The notes: generated from the sequence alone by a model not told the origin. A stretch of 64,000 bases of DNA from a virus (IMGVR_UViG_3300037851_000542:128001-192000); one strand, 5' to 3'; positions 10,553 to 19,713 are shown, counted from the first letter of the stretch. Translations and numbers: made by a program.

Positions 10553-11329
10553 TTATCCTTTTATATCCAAATTAAAAACTGTTATGTTTGCATTACTGCC
10601 TGAAGTACGCCTCACTTGAAGGTCGAGTAATACACCTGAAGAGGGAAAGTTACCACCGCTAATTGTAAATGGAACTAGCAAATTGGCAGTAGAAGCTCCG
10701 GAAAAAAAGGCTGTGGTTGCCAGTTCTGTATTTGTAGTTAAGTTAAAAAGACGAGCTTGACCTGATGTAGTTATAGAAGCAGTTCTAAAGACACCAGAGA
10801 CAGAAAGAACAGGTCCAAAGGAATTAGTACCCTCAAACGGAAATATTGCAGTTGACGTGTAGGTAGTAGAGTTGTTCGTAACACCCTTAGCAAAATTATA
10901 GGATAATTGCTTAGGTTTCGCCTTAGTATCTACATAACTCTTATTACTAGCGTGCCCACTTAGTGTAGGATTATCATTTAAGGTTAAAAATCCGCTCATC
11001 GCATCACCTGACGTATTTACAAACCTAGATTCAGCAAATCCTGAGTAGGACGTTAATGAGCTGTCAGTGGATAAAGGTACTGTAGTTAATTCACCAGTTT
11101 TGACGGAAACTGTGTCACCTGATGCTGTTAAATAAACAATAGAGTCATCTGGTTGCCTTAAGGGTATGGATCCTAAAGGGTGCCTATTACCGGATACTGT
11201 TTGAAAAGACTCATCGGCTAGTTGCTCAATAGCAGTATGCGTGGGGTTGTTAGTTAAATAGGCATCTAACTCATCTTTTAAAAGATACTTATCAACCTGA
11301 GGTATATAATAAATCCATTTTTTTATCAT
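10553..11329 (-). CDS. Short tail/virion fibre protein (paralog of 11353..12939)
   Basis: Fibre shaft motif VNTSGDAMSGFLTL..NPTLSGHASNKSYVD; N- and C-termini align by eye with the neighbouring gene; 12 SG dipeptides. Confidence 0.7.
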   Translation of the reverse strand: MIKKWIYYIPQVDKYLLKDELDAYLTNNPTHTAIEQLADESFQTVSGNRHPLGSIPLRQPDDSIVYLTASGDTVSVKTGELTTVPLSTDSSLTSYSGFAESRFVNTSGDAMSGFLTLNDNPTLSGHASNKSYVDTKAKPKQLSYNFAKGVTNNSTTYTSTAIFPFEGTNSFGPVLSVSGVFRTASITTSGQARLFNLTTNTELATTAFFSGASTANLLVPFTISGGNFPSSGVLLDLQVRRTSGSNANITVFNLDIKG

Positions 11330-11334
11330 AAATC

Positions 11335-11341
11335 TAGTATA
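11335..11341 (-). promoter_or_regulatory. TATACTA putative late promoter, spaced for a leaderless mRNA
   Basis: TATACT hexamer ends 6 nt before the ATG at 11329. Confidence 0.5.
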
Positions 11342-11352
11342 GTATTTTATGG

Positions 11353-12939
11353 TTAAAAATTAGATCCTAGGATTGATAATCCGTGTATAATCATATTGCC
11401 GTTACCTGAGTTTCTTCTTAACTCCACTCTAAATACTGCCGAACCGCTTGGTAAAGCACTGCCACCGGAAGTACTAAGTGAAAATAATCCAGGAGAAGTT
11501 CCACTAAAAGTTCCGGAAGCTACTGTTGTATTATTACTTAAATTATAAACACGCGCCTGCCCTACAGATCCAGCACTAGCAACACTAAAAACGCCTTCAA
11601 AGAAGTTAACTGGACCCATTCTCAAAGTTCCAGGAAAGGAGATATAGGAAACAGTTTGATACGAGGTACTGTTTATTTGGATTCCTACGTTTCCATTATC
11701 AGCATAGGAGTAAGATAGTACTCTGTAACCGCCTGTAGCTGTTAAACTTAAAACCTGAGAAGGTAAATTTCCAGTATAAGTAGCGAACGTAGTATCACTT
11801 ACTAACCCTGTAGTAGTAATATTAACATTGTTGCCGACACCGCTAGATGACTGCAGTCCAAAGCCTAAATTTATATTACCAACATTATTATGATTTAAAC
11901 TACCACTATTACTTACATCCAAAACTCCACTATTTAAAATATTAACTTGATTTTGAAAATACCCAGAGATAGAAGAGTCTCTTTGATCTACATAAAATTT
12001 ATTAGACGAGTGTCCAGATAACGTTGGGTCAGCGTTTAAAGTTAGGAATCCAGTCATCGAATCGCCAGAGGTATTTACAAACCGCCCTTCAGCAAATCCA
12101 GAGTATGTGGTGACGGAATTTGTAGTGAAAATACTAGCTGTAGTTACCGCATTGCCCGAGATAACGGCAACCTCCGATATATCAATAAATTTTCCTTCTG
12201 CAAATCCTGAATATGCAGTTAGATTAGCAAAAGTAGCCATTCCTGTTACCGATACCTCTAACTCGTTACCAGTACCGGAAGAAGCTAGTAATCCAAAACC
12301 TAAATCAATAGATTGAACTGTGCTTAGTACTAGCGTATTTTGATTTTTTCCAGTAATAGGTATAGAGACTTTAGAATCGACGTACTGTTTTGTTGCAGCG
12401 TGTCCAGATGTAACAGGGTCTGAAAATAAAGTAAGGAAACCGGTCATTAAATCACCGGATCTTAATACTCTATTATTTATATCTAACTGTAAGTTTCCTG
12501 ACGTGGTATTTATTAAACTAGTATTGCTTGCAGTTAATCCTGAAACTGTATTAATATCATAGTGTATTTGACTTAAATCTGCAGATACGGTAGTTAAATA
12601 GTTTTCTATATTTACTATGTCTGCTGCTACACCAGATGTTAAAAAACTGATATCATTGTTTATATCTAGTACTTCATTAAAAAAATAACCAGATACTGCC
12701 ATAATTGCAGCATCAATAGTAGCAAATCCTGACAGAGACGTGCTTGCGCCGCTAAGACTTATAAGAGCATTTATAGAGGTGCCCTCTGCGTTCCCTGCTT
12801 GCTCGTAATAACCGCTGGTAATTAAAACAGGTATTGCAACGTAACTAGGATTGTCCGTAAAGTATTGTAACTCTTCGTCTAATATAAATCTGCGGAGCTG
12901 CGGACTCCACCACTGTTGTAATATATCTACCATTTGCAA
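11353..12939 (-). CDS. Tail/virion fibre protein (true start probably ATG at 12933)
   Basis: Two GD.MTGFLTL..DP..SGH...K.YVD modules, YSGFAEG.F repeats, 24 SG dipeptides; 12939 is TTG, ATG lies 6 nt downstream. Confidence 0.72.
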   Translation of the reverse strand: MQMVDILQQWWSPQLRRFILDEELQYFTDNPSYVAIPVLITSGYYEQAGNAEGTSINALISLSGASTSLSGFATIDAAIMAVSGYFFNEVLDINNDISFLTSGVAADIVNIENYLTTVSADLSQIHYDINTVSGLTASNTSLINTTSGNLQLDINNRVLRSGDLMTGFLTLFSDPVTSGHAATKQYVDSKVSIPITGKNQNTLVLSTVQSIDLGFGLLASSGTGNELEVSVTGMATFANLTAYSGFAEGKFIDISEVAVISGNAVTTASIFTTNSVTTYSGFAEGRFVNTSGDSMTGFLTLNADPTLSGHSSNKFYVDQRDSSISGYFQNQVNILNSGVLDVSNSGSLNHNNVGNINLGFGLQSSSGVGNNVNITTTGLVSDTTFATYTGNLPSQVLSLTATGGYRVLSYSYADNGNVGIQINSTSYQTVSYISFPGTLRMGPVNFFEGVFSVASAGSVGQARVYNLSNNTTVASGTFSGTSPGLFSLSTSGGSALPSGSAVFRVELRRNSGNGNMIIHGLSILGSNF

Positions 12940-12954
12940 AAACTAGCAAAGAAA

Positions 12955-13596
12955 TTATAAACGTTTTAATCTTTCTATTCTTAGGTAACCAGATAACAAA
13001 GTAAATGTTATATTTGCTGAGCTATCGGTTGATAAATCTCTAGATCTTATACCTACAGTTTCGTTTATAGAATTCGTGGAAATAATATAGCAACCTTCAG
13101 AAGTCCCCACTGGGGCGGTTCTAACACTTGTAGCCACTCCTGCTGTTTGTGTCGCCGCAACAAATGTTCCTGAATTTCTATTTAAATCCGTTACTAAGTT
13201 ACGACTTCTGGTTGCGAAAGTGGATCCTGTTATTTCTCCAGTTACTTGCCAATTTATTTTATAAATCCCAATGTTTACAAGTGTAACATTATTTGAGTCT
13301 ACTGTAAAGCCCGATCCATTGCTTAATACAGACCCTGTATTTAAATTTAAAAGATTGTTGGTTGTAATTAAATCTGTACCGGCAGTAAACTCAACCTGTA
13401 CTAAATTAGGAGTATTAATTGTAATAGCCATATCCTCTACAGCAGAGAATACATCAGTCCCAGAAACACCAATATTTGTAAAGTCAGATCCCGAAGTTGT
13501 TATAGGTACTAAACTTGCATCTAAAGCAGTCTCGTTAAAGTTACTAGAAGAGACCCTAGGTACTAGTAATGTTCCATTTGAAAATGTTATAGGCAT
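12955..13596 (-). CDS. Virion fibre/spike protein with C1q/BclA-C-like C-terminal domain
   Basis: N-terminus MPITFSNGTLLVPRVSSSNF matches 34830..36293 (MPITLADGSLRIDRVASGNF); C-terminal TLVNIGIYKINWQV pattern typical of TNF/C1q jelly rolls. Confidence 0.5.
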   Translation of the reverse strand: MPITFSNGTLLVPRVSSSNFNETALDASLVPITTSGSDFTNIGVSGTDVFSAVEDMAITINTPNLVQVEFTAGTDLITTNNLLNLNTGSVLSNGSGFTVDSNNVTLVNIGIYKINWQVTGEITGSTFATRSRNLVTDLNRNSGTFVAATQTAGVATSVRTAPVGTSEGCYIISTNSINETVGIRSRDLSTDSSANITFTLLSGYLRIERLKRL

Positions 13597-13652
13597 ATTT
13601 TAATTTTATAATTAAAGCTTAAATTACTATGTTAAAAAAGACGGTTACAGAG

Positions 13653-13690
13653 TATACTATTTAAGTATGGGACACTTTTTAAATAGTATA
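13653..13690. promoter_or_regulatory. Pair of opposed TATACTAT motifs forming a 12-bp inverted repeat
   Basis: TATACTATTTAA (13653-13664) and TTAAATAGTATA (13679-13690) between divergent genes 13596(-) and 13702(+). Confidence 0.6.
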
Positions 13691-13701
13691 GTAAGTAAAA
13701 A

Positions 13702-14148
13702 ATGAAACAAGATTTAAATAAGATAATTAATACAAGAAATAAACTTTGGATTAGTTGGAAAAAAGCCATACATACAGGCGATGGCAATATTAATTTAATA
13801 GATCCTAAGTTTACTGGTAATATTTTATCTGATTGTGATCCTATAGAAGAGGCAGGTACCATTAAAATAGATATGACACATCAATATTTATTACATATTC
13901 CTCAACCTTATTTAATACAAGTTAGCTGGGAAGGTAAGTATAAACAAGACAAAGAAGAAGTATTATTTAAATCAATGACTATTAAAGATGGAAATTTAGG
14001 TAAGCTATCTATATTGAAAGATAAAGATTCCATTTTATTAGACTGTACTGATCACACTACTGAAGCTGAAAAAAAAGGATTAATTTTATTTAACTTTTAT
14101 GCTGTAGCTTTTAATTCAGATAAAAGTCCCTATAATTTTAATAAGTAA
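13702..14148 (+). CDS. Hypothetical protein
   Basis: 148-aa ORF, first gene of a plus-strand block. Confidence 0.75.
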   Translation: MKQDLNKIINTRNKLWISWKKAIHTGDGNINLIDPKFTGNILSDCDPIEEAGTIKIDMTHQYLLHIPQPYLIQVSWEGKYKQDKEEVLFKSMTIKDGNLGKLSILKDKDSILLDCTDHTTEAEKKGLILFNFYAVAFNSDKSPYNFNK

Positions 14149-14154
14149 TACATT

Positions 14155-14505
14155 ATGATTTTGCCACCGTACATAAATAGAAGAATACAAGGTACTAAAA
14201 GATACCAACATAGAATTTGCCCGTATTCTACGTGTGATCAGAGTAATAGGATACCTAATAATGAAAAAAGTATACACACTGTTACTAGTGGACAAATGGC
14301 TTTAGATATTAGAGGTGGACACGATAGACTAGGTTGGAGGTGTGATGATCCAAATTGTAGTTACTTTCTAGGAACTGCAACTACCCCTATTATAATTGGC
14401 GCTAGAAAAATGACTATTAACAGGACTACTGGAAAATACGATGTTGTAATTGAAGACTATGAGGTTCCTATCGGATGCTCAGGTATTAAATTTTGGGAAA
14501 CTTAG
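14155..14505 (+). CDS. Zn-finger hypothetical protein
   Basis: CPYSTC...CDDPNC. Confidence 0.7.
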   Translation: MILPPYINRRIQGTKRYQHRICPYSTCDQSNRIPNNEKSIHTVTSGQMALDIRGGHDRLGWRCDDPNCSYFLGTATTPIIIGARKMTINRTTGKYDVVIEDYEVPIGCSGIKFWET

Positions 14506-14511
14506 ATACAT

Positions 14512-14518
14512 TATACTA
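14512..14518 (+). promoter_or_regulatory. TATACTA putative late promoter
   Basis: Exact motif in intergenic DNA 61 nt upstream of 14579. Confidence 0.55.
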
Positions 14519-14578
14519 TATCAGATGTATCAGTTACTAAATTTGGTACTCAATTATACTTAACGAGGTATTTTTTAT

Positions 14579-15493
14579 ATGGCAATTAATGAAACCACAC
14601 AGGACGCTATTAATAATCCTGGAAATACAAAAACCGTAACACTAGATTTAACTAAGCAAGTTTATGCTGACAGTGAAGGTGATGAACAGTATGCTTTAAC
14701 TCTATCTACTACGGCTACTAGTAAAATAACTGCTGGTAGTATTGCTAATACCTACATAAGAGATGTAAAAGTAGGCTACTCTAAGAGTAGAAAAATAGCC
14801 GGACCTTTTAATATAGATGGTACCAAAAACCAACTTAGAGTTAGTATAGACGGATCTACCTCTAGAACGATTACATTAACCTCTGGTACAGGACTCACAC
14901 CTAATGACATAGTGAATGACCTTCAGGCACAGATATCTTCACTAGCAGGGACTGGTGGACTGGAAGAGGGTAACTTAGGGTTTCTTAATGCTGATGTAGA
15001 GTTTGTTGAAGGTAGATTTAGGATTCTCTCAGGCTCTGTTTCAGATACTTTTACTGGCATAGCTAAGTCAAGCGTTTCAGTTTTATCAGGAGTAGCTAAC
15101 GACGCTACAAGTTATTTAGGGTTTAATATCCCCATTCAAAGTGAGGATTTGGCTTCAAAGTCTTCTGCGGAAACTATAGTAGTTTCCGGCTTTACTGCTA
15201 GCGGTACTACCTTGGCGCTAGAAAGTGTTATTGGATGTAATAGTGGAGAAGCTTTTACAATAACAGACGGAGTATCCAGAGAGTATTTTATTGCTACTGC
15301 TGTCACTAGTGGAAACTCTACTTTAACGGTGGCTTCTGGTACAATTAATAACAACTATGCAATTAATTCTGTTGTTCAAAAGATATTTGAAAGAGACCCA
15401 GATTCCTCAGTACCTAACCCTCTAACTACAGTAGATGAGATTATGAGGTTTAGCTTAAAGAATGTGGTTAACCAAATAGATTATACCACTTAA
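14579..15493 (+). CDS. Putative virion protein (multi-module, SG-rich)
   Basis: LRVSIDGSTSRTITLTSG...RFRILSG domain shared with 23050..24585; second beta module shared with tail proteins; 8 SG. Confidence 0.6.
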   Translation: MAINETTQDAINNPGNTKTVTLDLTKQVYADSEGDEQYALTLSTTATSKITAGSIANTYIRDVKVGYSKSRKIAGPFNIDGTKNQLRVSIDGSTSRTITLTSGTGLTPNDIVNDLQAQISSLAGTGGLEEGNLGFLNADVEFVEGRFRILSGSVSDTFTGIAKSSVSVLSGVANDATSYLGFNIPIQSEDLASKSSAETIVVSGFTASGTTLALESVIGCNSGEAFTITDGVSREYFIATAVTSGNSTLTVASGTINNNYAINSVVQKIFERDPDSSVPNPLTTVDEIMRFSLKNVVNQIDYTT

Positions 15494-15571
15494 TTTTAAT
15501 TGACTGGGTTCATTAAACAGGTCATACTATAGGTTAGTATTATATTTTAATGAACTCTTATTAATACTTTT

Positions 15572-15871
15572 ATGAACTATCACGAGACATTTAGAGACAG
15601 AGCAGAAAAAAAGAATAATACTGTTATTAATAAAATTAATACGTGGCAGAAGTGTTCAAAACTTACTAAATTAGCTTGCGATAAGTGCCTATCTACAAAA
15701 GTTGATCCTATTATTAAAGGACCTAAAGTTCATTTAAAGTGCCTCACTTGTTCACATATATCAGGTGATATCCCTAATTATGTTTTACAAGCCAACTTTA
15801 ACTCTAAGCTGGCAGTGTTAGTTAGAAATAAAGAAAATAGCCAAGTTCTAAAAAAATTACAAGATTTTTAA
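15572..15871 (+). CDS. Zn-ribbon hypothetical protein
   Basis: CDKC...CLTC. Confidence 0.7.
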   Translation: MNYHETFRDRAEKKNNTVINKINTWQKCSKLTKLACDKCLSTKVDPIIKGPKVHLKCLTCSHISGDIPNYVLQANFNSKLAVLVRNKENSQVLKKLQDF

Positions 15872-15893
15872 ACTAAAAAACAGATACTAAAAT

Positions 15894-16418
15894 ATGGTTT
15901 ACGTTCATATTTTAACCACACTTCCAGCCCTTAGAGAGTACGCTATTCCGGTAAAAACTACGAATAAAAAGATATCTAGTGTAAGTTTTAGTCTACCTAA
16001 AATAAAAACACTTAATTCTGCTTTGAGCACTATTAAAGAAGAGAACTTACTTAGGACTTGTAAATATAAAAAAACATTTGAAACTTACAGCAGACTTTCT
16101 AGCTTTTATAAAAATAACGATAATTTTAAAAACATAGTTAATAGCTTACCCCAAGACGATCCTGAGTTCCCTTTTTATGATAGTTCCTATTTCAATCAAC
16201 CTAATCTGTATATAGACTTCAAGGAGAATTCAAGACTAGAATACTTATATGTATCTTTTATAATAGAGAAGAATATACTACCTTTTATAGAACTCAACGA
16301 TGAGAACTGTAGTACAGTAGATCAATATTTAATTAACTTTTTACCTAATTTAGATTACCTGAACAAGTCTAAATTCTTTATTAAAGACTGTTCAGGTAAG
16401 GTTTTACATTCTGCTTAG
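15894..16418 (+). CDS. Hypothetical protein
   Basis: 174-aa ORF. Confidence 0.7.
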   Translation: MVYVHILTTLPALREYAIPVKTTNKKISSVSFSLPKIKTLNSALSTIKEENLLRTCKYKKTFETYSRLSSFYKNNDNFKNIVNSLPQDDPEFPFYDSSYFNQPNLYIDFKENSRLEYLYVSFIIEKNILPFIELNDENCSTVDQYLINFLPNLDYLNKSKFFIKDCSGKVLHSA

Positions 16419-16419
16419 C

Positions 16420-17211
16420 TTATTTTAATTGCTCCAAAATCCATTGTCTATAAGCAGAAACTTTAGCATATGCCGATGGGGTAAAGCGACTTGCGCAGCC
16501 ATAGGTCCAGCTAACTACACCTATTTGATAAAGTTTGCCTCTATGTTTAGACAACAGGGGTCCTCCAGAATCTCCAAAACAGGAATCTACTCCATTATTA
16601 GCATAATCCTTTGTATTCAATTTTCCTGCACATATCATTGAGTCTTTATTAAAAAAACTACCCATTGTATTTTGACAACGAGTTTGATTCCATAAAGGTA
16701 TATTCGCCTCTTGTAAATACTCTGGCATTTTTGAAATGCCTGTATAAATAGTGCCCCATCCGTACAATTTAACTTTTCTGGATTTTTTTAACACTTGTTT
16801 TGTGGCTAGTTTGGGTATAAACTTTGTATCTACTTCTGCTGGAGATCCTAAAGTTAAAACAGCAAAATCACCACTAAGGGTTTCTGAGGTAAATTCAGGG
16901 TGTGCTGATACTTTTATAACCTCTATATACTTCTGGCTTTTAAGGTTATTGCTTCCATAACCTATAGCTAATGCATCTGTTGTTTTCACACAATGTGCTG
17001 CTGTAAGTATGTGAGTCGTATCTAGGAAAGTCCCACCACAGGTAAAGTAAAAAGGTTGACCTTCTCCGCCGAACTGTCTATATAGCGATACCATAAATTT
17101 ATTTTCTTCTGTGGCATTGAATCCATTTATTACTGTAGCATTTTGAGCAAATAAAATAGAAGGTAACAAGTAGGCAATAAAAGACAATATTAAAAAACGA
17201 AAATTTACCAT
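16420..17211 (-). CDS. Secreted trypsin-like serine protease (S1A)
   Basis: Signal peptide; VING N-terminal motif; CGG...LTAAHCV, GDFAVL, GVDSCFGDSGGPL, GVVSWTYGCA; Asp at the S1 pocket position. Confidence 0.95.
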   Translation of the reverse strand: MVNFRFLILSFIAYLLPSILFAQNATVINGFNATEENKFMVSLYRQFGGEGQPFYFTCGGTFLDTTHILTAAHCVKTTDALAIGYGSNNLKSQKYIEVIKVSAHPEFTSETLSGDFAVLTLGSPAEVDTKFIPKLATKQVLKKSRKVKLYGWGTIYTGISKMPEYLQEANIPLWNQTRCQNTMGSFFNKDSMICAGKLNTKDYANNGVDSCFGDSGGPLLSKHRGKLYQIGVVSWTYGCASRFTPSAYAKVSAYRQWILEQLK

Positions 17212-17232
17212 AAATAGACCTTTGTAAAGATT

Positions 17233-17261
17233 TTGACAATTAAATTTTAATCAGCTACAAT
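17233..17261 (+). promoter_or_regulatory. Sigma70-type promoter TTGACA-N17-TACAAT
   Basis: TTGACA 17233-17238, 17-nt spacer, TACAAT 17256-17261, upstream of ATG 17287. Confidence 0.75.
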
Positions 17262-17286
17262 TAATTATATACAATTAATTAATTAA

Positions 17287-18423
17287 ATGCTACAAAAAAT
17301 GTATAGCTATTGGGAAAAAGCAGAATTCTTAGGAAAATCCGACTTTTGCATAATAGGCGCAGGTATAGTAGGACTAAATACTGCTATTTATTTAAAACAA
17401 AAGCTTCCAGATAAGAGAATTTTAGTGTTGGAGAGGGGTGTAATACCTGAAGGAGCTAGCTCTAGGAATGCTGGATTTGCTTGTTATGGTAGTCCTACCG
17501 AACTTATTATGGATTTAGAAACTCATACTGAATCTGAAGTTTTTGCTCTAGTTGAAAAAAGATGGCAAGGTTTACAACTACTCAGGAAAAACCTTGGTGA
17601 TGTTAATATCGGTTATCAGCCTACTGGTGGGTTTGAAATATTTAACAAGAATGATAATGCCTGTTTAACCCGTTGCTTAGATTTTTTACCTTATCTAAAC
17701 AAGCACTTAAAGGAAATAACTGGAGTAGATAACTGTTATAGTTATGTAAACAACACATTTGGATTTAACTACATAAACTCAATTATCTTAAATAAGGGTG
17801 AGGGTTTAATACACACAGGCAATATGATTAATTCTTTACTAAAAAAAGCTCTATCTTTAGGAATAGAAGTTTGGTTTAATATGGATGTCACCTCATTTAA
17901 TAGCAACTCAAGTTTAATAAAATTAGAAATAGCCAATAACTTAAATTTAAAAACCAATAAGTTGATAATAACTACAAATGCTTTCTCTAATAGATTGATA
18001 TCTGACTTAGACCTAAAACCAGCGCGAGCGCAGGTTTTAGTAACTGAAGAACTTGATAATATTCCTTTTTCTGGTGGCTTTCATTATGATAGAGGTTACT
18101 ATTATTTTAGAAATATAAATAATAGAATTTTATTAGGTGGAGGAAGAAATTTAGACTTTAAAGCTGAGACTACTACTGATCTAAAAGTAACAAGTTTAAT
18201 ACAAAATAAACTAGAAGAACTTTTACATAAGGTTATATTACCAAACCGATCTTGTAAAATAGAACATAGATGGTCAGGAATAATGGGATTGGGTACTAAA
18301 AAGTACCCAATCGTAAAACAAGTAGAGCCTAATGTTTACTGTGCTATTCGTATGGGAGGTATGGGAGTAGCTTTAGGTTCGCTAACTGGGTTAGAGGTAG
18401 CCCAGTTAGCTATGAAAGACTAG
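17287..18423 (+). CDS. FAD-dependent oxidoreductase, DAO/DadA family
   Basis: IIGAGIVGL Rossmann motif, VLERG..PEGASSRNAG, RWSGIMG, MGGMGVALG. Confidence 0.9.
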   Translation: MLQKMYSYWEKAEFLGKSDFCIIGAGIVGLNTAIYLKQKLPDKRILVLERGVIPEGASSRNAGFACYGSPTELIMDLETHTESEVFALVEKRWQGLQLLRKNLGDVNIGYQPTGGFEIFNKNDNACLTRCLDFLPYLNKHLKEITGVDNCYSYVNNTFGFNYINSIILNKGEGLIHTGNMINSLLKKALSLGIEVWFNMDVTSFNSNSSLIKLEIANNLNLKTNKLIITTNAFSNRLISDLDLKPARAQVLVTEELDNIPFSGGFHYDRGYYYFRNINNRILLGGGRNLDFKAETTTDLKVTSLIQNKLEELLHKVILPNRSCKIEHRWSGIMGLGTKKYPIVKQVEPNVYCAIRMGGMGVALGSLTGLEVAQLAMKD

Positions 18424-19445
18424 GGTCTGAAAGAACCTGCTCTAAAAGCCGGATTTAGTCTACCGACTTCTTTTCCATCAGCAACTAGTTTACATACAGA
18501 ATGTCCTTGAAGTTTTTTAGCTTTCTCTGCTATTACATAACCGTACTCACTAAAATAATATCTAGATTTATTATTTTCAAAAGGTAATCTATTTTCTGAT
18601 TTTATAACTAATTTGTTATCAAGGGTTCTTAATTCAAAAAAAGCATTCATAGTAGGAGTAATAAGTACTGGCTTATAAGCTCTTGGTTCTGGGGGTGTTA
18701 CATGTCTGTCTGCGTGACTTTTCCAAATAAAATCTTTAGGTATAGTTATTTTTTCTCCGGCGTTTGTAGCTAGAAATTGAATAGACTTTATAAGTTCCTG
18801 CGTTGGCCAAGCTTTACGATCCGGTCTTGGAGTTGTATCTTGAGTTGTCAATCTACCGTTGAAAGCAGGATGCCAAAAGAAGAAAACCTTAGCACTTTTA
18901 AACTTAGCTTTACGAGCTTCAACATCATCGTCAACACAAGATGAACCGTCATAAGAATAAGTGTATTCACCACGTCTAGGTGCATTTTCTTGAGTTCCGT
19001 GTATTTCGTTTAAAATTCTAGGACCTTGTATAAATTCTCCGCCGCCTTTATGCCACGGATTATTAACATAATTGACACCATCAGGTAAATGTTTTATTAT
19101 CCTCTGAGCAAGAGCATTTGCTTGATCTTTTTTTAGTTTATGTTCTGTTGCTCCAGATACTAGCCACATTACTGAGGGATATTTATTCATTAAAGGTAAA
19201 TATTCTTTTAGCGTATTTTCTGCTTTTGCAAAATCATCATTGCCAAAATTATGATCGTCTTCCCAAGCTAAGTTCAGCCTTATTAATGGACATTTACCGC
19301 TTTGAGCTAAAGCTTCTATAACTTTTTTAGGTGACCCAAAAAGAGATTCTTCAACAAAGAACCCGGCAGCCCAACCTTTTGGGTGAGATTTTAGGATAGT
19401 GTCCATATACTTAGCTCCGCCTAAATAATCCATACCGTACATCAT
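18420..19445 (-). CDS. Hypothetical protein, possible TIM-barrel glycoside-hydrolase-like fold
   Basis: LIRLNLAW, SGATEH and NEIHG patterns reminiscent of clan GH-A barrels; fold is inferred only. Confidence 0.35.
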   Translation of the reverse strand: MMYGMDYLGGAKYMDTILKSHPKGWAAGFFVEESLFGSPKKVIEALAQSGKCPLIRLNLAWEDDHNFGNDDFAKAENTLKEYLPLMNKYPSVMWLVSGATEHKLKKDQANALAQRIIKHLPDGVNYVNNPWHKGGGEFIQGPRILNEIHGTQENAPRRGEYTYSYDGSSCVDDDVEARKAKFKSAKVFFFWHPAFNGRLTTQDTTPRPDRKAWPTQELIKSIQFLATNAGEKITIPKDFIWKSHADRHVTPPEPRAYKPVLITPTMNAFFELRTLDNKLVIKSENRLPFENNKSRYYFSEYGYVIAEKAKKLQGHSVCKLVADGKEVGRLNPAFRAGSFRP

Positions 19446-19481
19446 ATATTTACACCTCTAAAATTAATTATATCTTGTCTA

Positions 19482-19488
19482 TAGTATA
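19482..19488 (-). promoter_or_regulatory. TATACTA putative late promoter
   Basis: Exact motif 37 nt upstream of 19445. Confidence 0.5.
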
Positions 19489-19515
19489 TTTAAACTTTAG
19501 ACTAAAAGGTGGCAG

Positions 19516-19713
19516 TTATTGATCTTCAGAGTTTAGTTGGCTTATAATTTGCTCAAGTACTGCTTTTATTTCTTTTAATTTTTCTAAGTCTGGTGATTCA
19601 TCTAATGGGTGGGAAATAAAGATCTTTTTAAAATCAACTTTGTAAGGAGACTTATATAAGACTTGTGTTTTCTTTTTAGCACGGTACTCATTTAAGTTAA
19701 TAACTTTATTCAT
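19516..19713 (-). CDS. Small hypothetical protein
   Basis: 65 aa; starts MNKVINLNEYRAKK, a start pattern common in small phage proteins. Confidence 0.7.
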   Translation of the reverse strand: MNKVINLNEYRAKKKTQVLYKSPYKVDFKKIFISHPLDESPDLEKLKEIKAVLEQIISQLNSEDQ

